A stretch of DNA of 64,000 nt. Origin: an uncultured bacterium. Lineage in GTDB: Bacteria; Patescibacteriota; Saccharimonadia; UBA4664. Shown here piece by piece: positions 58,084 through 64,000 of the stretch. The DNA lies in assembly GCA_963720265.1 (NCBI GenBank), contig CAVRET010000002.1:200704-264703 (forward strand). Reading direction: 5' to 3'. The position numbers were made by a program, and so were the translations under genes. The notes under the pieces are model-generated. The model searched no databases. It saw only the letters and a program-made list of their open reading frames with translations, and was not told where the DNA came from. The first letter of the stretch is position 1, and every line of letters begins with the position of its first letter.

Positions 58084-58226
58084 GCCGGCACGAAGGCCCG
58101 ACTCATGAAGCCGCATTTCGCCCTGCGAAGTGCGGCTTCGCCATTCTAGTGCTAAGCTAAAACACCTCGGTGTTACCGAGCCTAAAATGACCGAATTTAC
58201 CATCAAAAAGCTGGCCGGACAAAGAC

Positions 58227-58823
58227 TCACGAACGCTTAGCTACAACTAGTACCACTGCCGCTGAGAAACAAAGGCAGCCCACAAAGACGAGCCAACCCT
58301 CCGCAAAAGAGGACTGCGTAATATTCGCGGCGAGCACAAATAGACGGTACTGAGCCTGCATCAGTAGCCACGCGGCAGCACCCGCAAGCAGCGAGCCAAA
58401 AACTGGGAACCGACGGAAAACCGACGCGATCGCCATCCCCGCCAGCACAATCAGGCTGAAACTAAAAACCATCGGCAATAATACGTGCGTAAGCACCAGA
58501 CCCGTATTGCGGTAAATCACAGCGGTTAGTACCTCAGGCCCAGCCACCACAACGGTCATCACAAACCACAAGAAATATATCGGCCGCTTCCCGGCCAGTA
58601 TGATTATCTGCTTATTCGAAACAAAAGCGTGTTCCGCCCGTTTAAGCAACCAACCCAAAAGCAAGCCTACTAACACCGGGAGTAGGTACCAGGCCGACAC
58701 GTTAAACCGGTTAAGCGAGTAGATCGCTAGCAAACTCCACAGCACGGTAACCGCAATGGTCCAATCGCTGCCAATCAGAAACTTATACCAAAAACGATAA
58801 AACGCTACCAAATACTGCTTCAC
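58227..58823 (-). CDS. Membrane protein partner of the COG4280 gene
   Basis: AFYRFWYKFLIGSDW motif, multiple TMs, overlaps the upstream stop. Confidence 0.7.
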   Translation of the reverse strand: MKQYLVAFYRFWYKFLIGSDWTIAVTVLWSLLAIYSLNRFNVSAWYLLPVLVGLLLGWLLKRAEHAFVSNKQIIILAGKRPIYFLWFVMTVVVAGPEVLTAVIYRNTGLVLTHVLLPMVFSFSLIVLAGMAIASVFRRFPVFGSLLAGAAAWLLMQAQYRLFVLAANITQSSFAEGWLVFVGCLCFSAAVVLVVAKRS

Positions 58824-59587
58824 CTTCGCACCACCCGCTTAAAGGCCGCGTTTCGGCTCAGCCGGTCGATAAAAAACAGGCTTAAGAGAACGTAGAACAA
58901 CAGTATGCCCCAGACTGCAGCATCCCCATGCGGCCAATACACACCTAGACCTTTCACGGCATAGTAGGTACCAAAGGTCGTCAGCAGAATCCCGACCACC
59001 AATTTCATGGCGTTCTCCGGAACATGCGCCAGCGGCCGATGGGCAATGAGACCCAGCGCTACAATGACGGCTAGGGCTGCCAAGGCCGAAATAATACCTA
59101 GATGAAGATCATGCTGAGAAACACCAAACGTTATAATGATAAAGATCACTTCCAATCCTTCCAGCAACACGCCCTTGTAGGCTGCCACAAAAGCATACCA
59201 ATCAATTGGCTCGCCCTTCATAAAGCGAGCCTTCGCCGCGGCGCTGCTGACCTTGTTAAACTCTACGTCTTCGTCCCGGCTTGGGAGTAACGACGCAAAG
59301 CGCAAGATTGCCTTCTTCATCCATTGGATGCCAAAGATCAGCAGTAATGCACCCAGAATCAGCCAGAGCCGCTGCAAGTTTGGGCTTGATTCATCAGAAA
59401 TCCTCATCAAAGAGGCACCGAAAACCGCTATTACAGCTGCCAGCGTCAGTATGGCCGCACCCGTTGCGAGCAAAACCGACTTCCAGCCTCGTGTGAGTCC
59501 CAACGCCAACACGATTGTCAGGGCCTCGATCATCTCAACCAAACAAGCGATAAAAACCGTCAAACCCAAGAAGACAGCATGGCCCAT
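58820..59587 (-). CDS. COG4280-type (GDT1/FTR1-like) putative metal transporter
   Basis: ACLVEMIEALTIVLA, KGVLLEGLEV, VPENAMKL.VG.LLTTFG. Confidence 0.8.
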   Translation of the reverse strand: MGHAVFLGLTVFIACLVEMIEALTIVLALGLTRGWKSVLLATGAAILTLAAVIAVFGASLMRISDESSPNLQRLWLILGALLLIFGIQWMKKAILRFASLLPSRDEDVEFNKVSSAAAKARFMKGEPIDWYAFVAAYKGVLLEGLEVIFIIITFGVSQHDLHLGIISALAALAVIVALGLIAHRPLAHVPENAMKLVVGILLTTFGTYYAVKGLGVYWPHGDAAVWGILLFYVLLSLFFIDRLSRNAAFKRVVRR

Positions 59588-59665
59588 ACGACGATCTTAG
59601 CAAACCTTAACCGCCATCAACGCGCCAAAGGCCCCTGTGCCGACCAGACGTGCTAAGCTAAAACC

Positions 59666-60490
59666 ATGAACGTTATCGAGTTACGCAAAGTTGGCAAGAC
59701 CTTCACCGATCGTGAAGAACCAACCGTTGCTCTACACGACGTTGATTTGGCCATCGCACCTGGCGAATTTGTCGCCATAATCGGTCCATCCGGCTCAGGC
59801 AAGAGTACACTCATGAATGTACTCGGCCTGCTCGACGTGCCGACTGAGGGCGAATATCTGCTCGACGGTCAGGTGGTATCAAAGCTTCGCGATCGCAAAC
59901 TTGCCCGCCTTCGCCGCGGCAAAATCGGCTTCGTATTCCAAAGCTTTAATCTGCTACCGCGCCTCAGCGTGCTGGGCAATGTTGAGCTGCCCATGATCTA
60001 CGCCGGCCTTCGCTCCCGCAAGCGCCGCCAGCGCGCCCTTGAGCTGCTAGGACTTGTCCACCTCGAAGACCGGGCCGGCTACAAGCCCCGCCAGATCTCA
60101 GGCGGTCAAACCCAAAGGGTTGCCATCGCCCGCGCACTCGCCAATGAGCCCAGCCTAATCCTGGCCGACGAGCCCACCGGCAATCTCGATTCCAAGGCCT
60201 CGGCTGACGTCATTGACGAACTACGCCGCCTCAATCGTGAAACCGGTGCCACTATTGTCATCGTGACCCATAATCCCGACATTGCCCGACTCACCGACCG
60301 CACCGTAACTGTCCGCGACGGTGCCGTTGTCAGCGATCATGCCAACCCCAGCCGTCACGAGACGCACACTGCACACACCGCGCCGCCGGCCGACGAACAC
60401 ACACCCGAAGCCGCCCATAGCTCCGGGCGGTCGAGTGCGGCTGGCAGCAACGTAATTGATTTGCGTAGCCACAAGGCGGATGACCAATGA
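59666..60490 (+). CDS. ABC transporter ATP-binding protein (MacB/LolD type)
   Basis: GPSGSGKST, ISGGQTQRVAIARAL, LADEPTGNLD. Confidence 0.95.
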   Translation: MNVIELRKVGKTFTDREEPTVALHDVDLAIAPGEFVAIIGPSGSGKSTLMNVLGLLDVPTEGEYLLDGQVVSKLRDRKLARLRRGKIGFVFQSFNLLPRLSVLGNVELPMIYAGLRSRKRRQRALELLGLVHLEDRAGYKPRQISGGQTQRVAIARALANEPSLILADEPTGNLDSKASADVIDELRRLNRETGATIVIVTHNPDIARLTDRTVTVRDGAVVSDHANPSRHETHTAHTAPPADEHTPEAAHSSGRSSAAGSNVIDLRSHKADDQ

Positions 60491-61728
60491 TTATGCTCTG
60501 GGAAAATTTCAAAATGGCGCTTTTGAGCCTCTCCAGTGCCAAACTCCGTTCACTCCTAACCATGCTTGGCATTATTATCGGCGTCGCAGCCGTGGTCTCA
60601 ATTCTTGCCATCGGTGACGGCGTCAAGGCATCGGTCCAAGACCAGATTACCGGCGTAGTCAACGCCAACGCCCTCGCCATCACATCAGGCAACACGGGTT
60701 CAAGTGCCGGCGAAGCAAAGAAAGGTGGAGCAAATCCCAGTTCATCGCTCGGCGCCTCTACGCTCACAACCAGTGACATCACCGCGCTCCAAACAGTGCC
60801 TCACATCTCCGCCGTTGCTCCCATCAGCCTCGTTTCCGGAATTATTGCTAACGGTTCCACTGAGTCGAGCGACGCCTTGTTGCTTGCAACCACACCCGCC
60901 TTCTCCGCCACTCAAACCCTCAAGTTCGCTCACGGCCGCTTCCTTGAAACCACAGATAACAACAAACAAGTCGTAGTACTTGGCGGGCAGCTTAGCCAGG
61001 ATCTTTTCGGCACCACCAATCCAGTCGGCAAAACCGTTACTATCCGCAATCTTCCATTCACGGTCATCGGCGTGCTCCAAACGTCAGACTCATCCGCCTC
61101 CAGCCTGACCGGCTCCAATTTCGACAACGCTGCCTACATGCCGTTTGATACTGCCAAAATTTTTACCGCCGGCGCCCCACCGCAAATCTTGAGAATTCTG
61201 GCTCAAGTTGATGAAACCAGTAACGTTAACTCTACAGCTACGGCTGCAAAAAAAGCCCTGCTCGTAACCCACGGCGGCCAAGACGACTTCACCGTCCTGA
61301 CGCAAAAAGACATCCTTTCTACGGTCGACACCGTGCTCAGTCTGCTCACCGACTTCATCGTTGCCATTGCCTCAATTAGCTTGCTTGTCGGCGGCATCGG
61401 TATCATGAACATCATGCTGGTATCAGTCACCGAGCGCACGCGCGAAATCGGTCTGCGCAAAGCCCTCGGCGCAACCTCAAGCACTGTGCTGTCGCAGTTT
61501 CTGATCGAGGCAATCGTACTCAGCCTCATCGGCGGAGGCTTGGGCATTCTCGCTGCCGTCGGCCTTGCCAAAGGCGTTGGCAAAGCCGCCAAGATTACAC
61601 CGGTCTTCACACCCGACGCTATTACTCTGGCAGTCGGCGTGTCTGCCGCGGTTGGCATCATCTTCGGTTTCGCACCCGCGGTTAAGGCTGCCAGAAAGCG
61701 TCCGATTCAAGCGCTCAAGGCCGAATAA
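60487..61728 (+). CDS. ABC transporter permease (MacB/FtsX type)
   Basis: RSLLTMLGIIIGVAAV, VGGIGIMNIMLVSVTERTREIG. Confidence 0.95.
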   Translation: MIMLWENFKMALLSLSSAKLRSLLTMLGIIIGVAAVVSILAIGDGVKASVQDQITGVVNANALAITSGNTGSSAGEAKKGGANPSSSLGASTLTTSDITALQTVPHISAVAPISLVSGIIANGSTESSDALLLATTPAFSATQTLKFAHGRFLETTDNNKQVVVLGGQLSQDLFGTTNPVGKTVTIRNLPFTVIGVLQTSDSSASSLTGSNFDNAAYMPFDTAKIFTAGAPPQILRILAQVDETSNVNSTATAAKKALLVTHGGQDDFTVLTQKDILSTVDTVLSLLTDFIVAIASISLLVGGIGIMNIMLVSVTERTREIGLRKALGATSSTVLSQFLIEAIVLSLIGGGLGILAAVGLAKGVGKAAKITPVFTPDAITLAVGVSAAVGIIFGFAPAVKAARKRPIQALKAE

Positions 61729-61739
61729 GGAGTATTTCA

Positions 61740-62207
61740 ATGGACAAACACGACCCCAAGCTCGCGAAATTTCTGGCTACCGTCGACCGTTCGCAATTCT
61801 CCATCGACGGCTATCAACAACGCGTCGAAAAACCCTGGGGCTACGAATTACTACTCGAAACCCCAGGCAGCCCTTACACCTCAAAAATCATGCATATCAA
61901 AGCTGGCGCTCGCGAGTCCCTCCAGGTTCACGACTCCAAGACCGAAACTTACACCATCTTGAGCGGCCGCGCCGCCCTCCTGCAAGAGGACCAGCATGGT
62001 GAAATGGTTGACTGCGAGCTCAAACCTGGCGTTGGTTACACCACCCAGGTCGGACAAAAACACCGGCTTGTCGGCATCACCGATTGCGACATCTTCGAGG
62101 CCTCAACCCCCGAAACCGGCACCACCTGGCGCCTTGAGGACGATTATCATCGCGGCGACGAAACTGAAGCCATACGCCAAGAGCCCAACCGCGGCTGGAA
62201 GGGCTAG
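61740..62207 (+). CDS. Cupin protein (mannose-6-phosphate isomerase type II C-terminal-like)
   Basis: VEKPWG, SLQVH..KTET, KHRL, EASTPE..RLEDDY. Confidence 0.82.
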   Translation: MDKHDPKLAKFLATVDRSQFSIDGYQQRVEKPWGYELLLETPGSPYTSKIMHIKAGARESLQVHDSKTETYTILSGRAALLQEDQHGEMVDCELKPGVGYTTQVGQKHRLVGITDCDIFEASTPETGTTWRLEDDYHRGDETEAIRQEPNRGWKG

Positions 62208-62218
62208 GGCTCTCTAAC

Positions 62219-62830
62219 CTAGTCGCCCACAATCTCCAGGCCGCCGGCGTCCACGTTCCCCACTTCCTTATAGCGCGGGTTGCGCACAAGCGCCGGCTTG
62301 TCGTTGTATTCGACCACATAAAACGCAAACCCACGCATCTGCTCCACCAGCGAATAATCCGCGTGCCCGGGCCAACCCGCCGGATCGCTGTCGTCGAAAT
62401 TCACGGGTGAATCGTCGGCTGTCACAAAGTAGGTTGAGCCTACATTCAAAGCCAAGTGGGCAGGACCGGCCGGCATAAACTGGCTGTCACCCGCTTTCAC
62501 CCGGCGAACCTTAAATTCGGCCACCCGGTCCGGTATCAACTTGCCGTTTTGCTCTTCCAGTTTCTGCGATAACAGCACACCTTCTCCATACAAAATCCAG
62601 TAGGTTTCGCTGATATCGCCCACGTGATAGTGCCCAAACGTCTTAATATACTCCCCGCCGACGGTACCCGGCTCCCACACGGTAATGTTCTTTTGGTCCA
62701 CACCGCCGCGAATCATGTAATAGTGCACCGACGGCCCAGGAGCATCGGGGTGCATCAATACCGGCTGCATCGCCTCATGCGTACGCGTTGCTTGGTGCTT
62801 GGGCACGTTAGTAAAATCAATCTGCATCAC
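62219..62830 (-). CDS. Cupin-type (archaeal-like) glucose-6-phosphate isomerase
   Basis: YYMIRG, PGTVGGEYIKTFGHYH, ETY, DYS..RGFAFY. Confidence 0.82.
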   Translation of the reverse strand: MMQIDFTNVPKHQATRTHEAMQPVLMHPDAPGPSVHYYMIRGGVDQKNITVWEPGTVGGEYIKTFGHYHVGDISETYWILYGEGVLLSQKLEEQNGKLIPDRVAEFKVRRVKAGDSQFMPAGPAHLALNVGSTYFVTADDSPVNFDDSDPAGWPGHADYSLVEQMRGFAFYVVEYNDKPALVRNPRYKEVGNVDAGGLEIVGD

Positions 62831-62852
62831 AACCTCCGTCCATCAGTCTCAA

Positions 62853-63452
62853 TTATCGCACATCACAGACCCACAGCATGAAAGGCGCCCCGGCAGTTAT
62901 GCTTGCCGAGGCCGCCGGGGTGGTGTCACGCCGGACACCTACCCCACCCTCTGATTGTAGTAACCCTTTCCGGTTAGCCAGTGCAGCCAACACAGCAGCA
63001 TGCCGCTCGGCGTGGAACTTACACAGGAAGAGCTCACCTTGCTCCAGTTCAACCCGCACGGCGGCCGTGGCCGAACAGCGATCACAGAGGTCATCATCGG
63101 TAAGCAACGGATCGTCGGTTGGGGCAACCGATACACTTGCCGAGATGGCATCCAAGACCAGCTGCACATCAGCCTCACTGCCGAGCGCATAATGTGTGGA
63201 CGAAAAGACCAGCCGCTGCATGGCCGCAACCGCCTGGTCAGTCAGTATATTTGCCCCAAAAGACGCTTGAGCCAGCTGCACGATCTCTAGCAAGCCAACT
63301 CGCCAGCCAGAACTTGTTTCAGCCGTTTCCAGGAGCTGCATTGCCATGACGGATTCGGAGAAGGTGTGGAATTTGAGGTACACCCGCAGCTCAATGATCC
63401 AGGTTAGGATCTGCTTGCGAGCTTGGGCCAGGTAATCGGCTTCCTCTGGCAC
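62853..63452 (-). CDS. Hypothetical protein with C-terminal DUF7455-like Zn-binding domain
   Basis: LTDDDLCDRCSATAAVRV..GELFLCKFHAERH; AAGGAG before GTG 63452; promoter TTGACA-18-TACTAT (63596-63567). Confidence 0.65.
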   Translation of the reverse strand: MPEEADYLAQARKQILTWIIELRVYLKFHTFSESVMAMQLLETAETSSGWRVGLLEIVQLAQASFGANILTDQAVAAMQRLVFSSTHYALGSEADVQLVLDAISASVSVAPTDDPLLTDDDLCDRCSATAAVRVELEQGELFLCKFHAERHAAVLAALANRKGLLQSEGGVGVRRDTTPAASASITAGAPFMLWVCDVR

Positions 63453-63597
63453 GCACACTCCTTGATCTCGGGTACAAAAAATCGGCGCACCAGGCACCGA
63501 TACGGGCTAGCCCTCTGTTTCCGCGGTTAAGTTCGGATCGGGTATCAAAGGGCAATCTTACCCTTGATAGTATCCGGCCGGCGTCCAGCCTGTCAAA

Positions 63598-64000
63598 TCA
63601 TGCCAACGCTTGGCGCACATCGTTCCGCAGCAGGTTCAGCCCGCGGCGTGTTACCCAAAAGTCCGCTACCACTTCGCGCGGCACCGACACCTCCAGGTGC
63701 TTGTGCCCATGCTTGCGCTCTGTCAGCGGCCGGTACATCCCGGTCTTTGCATCAATAGTCACCAGTTGTCCGTGCCAGTGCATCACAAAATCATAGCCGG
63801 CCAAATCCTCGTCCAGGGTGCCATACCGCACGTCGCGCAGCTCCGGCAGTCCCTGCAATGCCGCGTGCATTGCCACCTCGCTCACCGCACCGGTAATCTC
63901 ACCCTGCGCCCATGCGTGCCGCCCCTGGGCAGCCCGTCCGAGCCAATCGGTCAGCTCCGCGCGCGAAAAGTTGTGTCCATCTAGCTCAATCAGTCCACGC
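63598..64000 (-). CDS. 5'-truncated hypothetical protein, PD-(D/E)xK nuclease-like
   Basis: Frame open to the window edge; E..ED..GYDF..TIDAKT. Confidence 0.5.
   Translation of the reverse strand, partial: RGLIELDGHNFSRAELTDWLGRAAQGRHAWAQGEITGAVSEVAMHAALQGLPELRDVRYGTLDEDLAGYDFVMHWHGQLVTIDAKTGMYRPLTERKHGHKHLEVSVPREVVADFWVTRRGLNLLRNDVRQALA

Noticed and set aside
2337-58139. Cassette 3' hairpins as integron attC sites or a REP/MITE family
   Set aside because: No RYYYAAC/GTTRRRY ends, the hairpin sequences are unrelated to each other, no integron integrase, and the cassettes are dispersed rather than arrayed.
55182-58139. Prophage or integrative island at tRNA-Ser
   Set aside because: No integrase, phage genes or duplicated tRNA 3' end (att site) seen.

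Overview
Chromosomal window from a relatively GC-rich Patescibacteria (CPR) genome, most likely Saccharimonadia/TM7. This is inferred from the pilMNO-pilB-pilT layout, short RpoD, cupin-type GPI, paired TrmB regulators and Fe-S-free glycosylases. Core content: a type IV pilus cluster with a large secreted protein, ychF, rpsF-ssb-rpsR-efp, recA-recX, yajQ, a rodZ-like gene, ftsK, rnj, pnp, rpsO, truB, rpsT, holA, mutM, polA, dnaG-rpoD, a mutY-like gene, msrB, tRNA-Ser(GGA), a MacB-type ABC transporter and a complete IS982-family element. The main unexplained signal is about 10 small stand-alone cassettes wedged between core genes, some splitting conserved neighbourhoods (pilB/pilT, truB/rpsO/pnp). 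Most have their own AT-rich sigma70 promoter, a 5' stem-loop, a strong Shine-Dalgarno, a GC-rich ORF and a long GC hairpin without a U-tract. Several encode domains typical of Actinobacteria, the known hosts of Saccharibacteria: an Lsr2 dimerisation domain, a sigma-region-4/alpha-CTD fusion, DUF5999, a DUF7455-like Zn domain and a zf-HC2-like motif. Two ~390-nt promoter-to-terminator structured non-coding RNAs and a 10-aa micropeptide with a perfect SD share this architecture. Many core genes instead look leaderless. All family assignments come from motif recognition by eye; no database searches were run.
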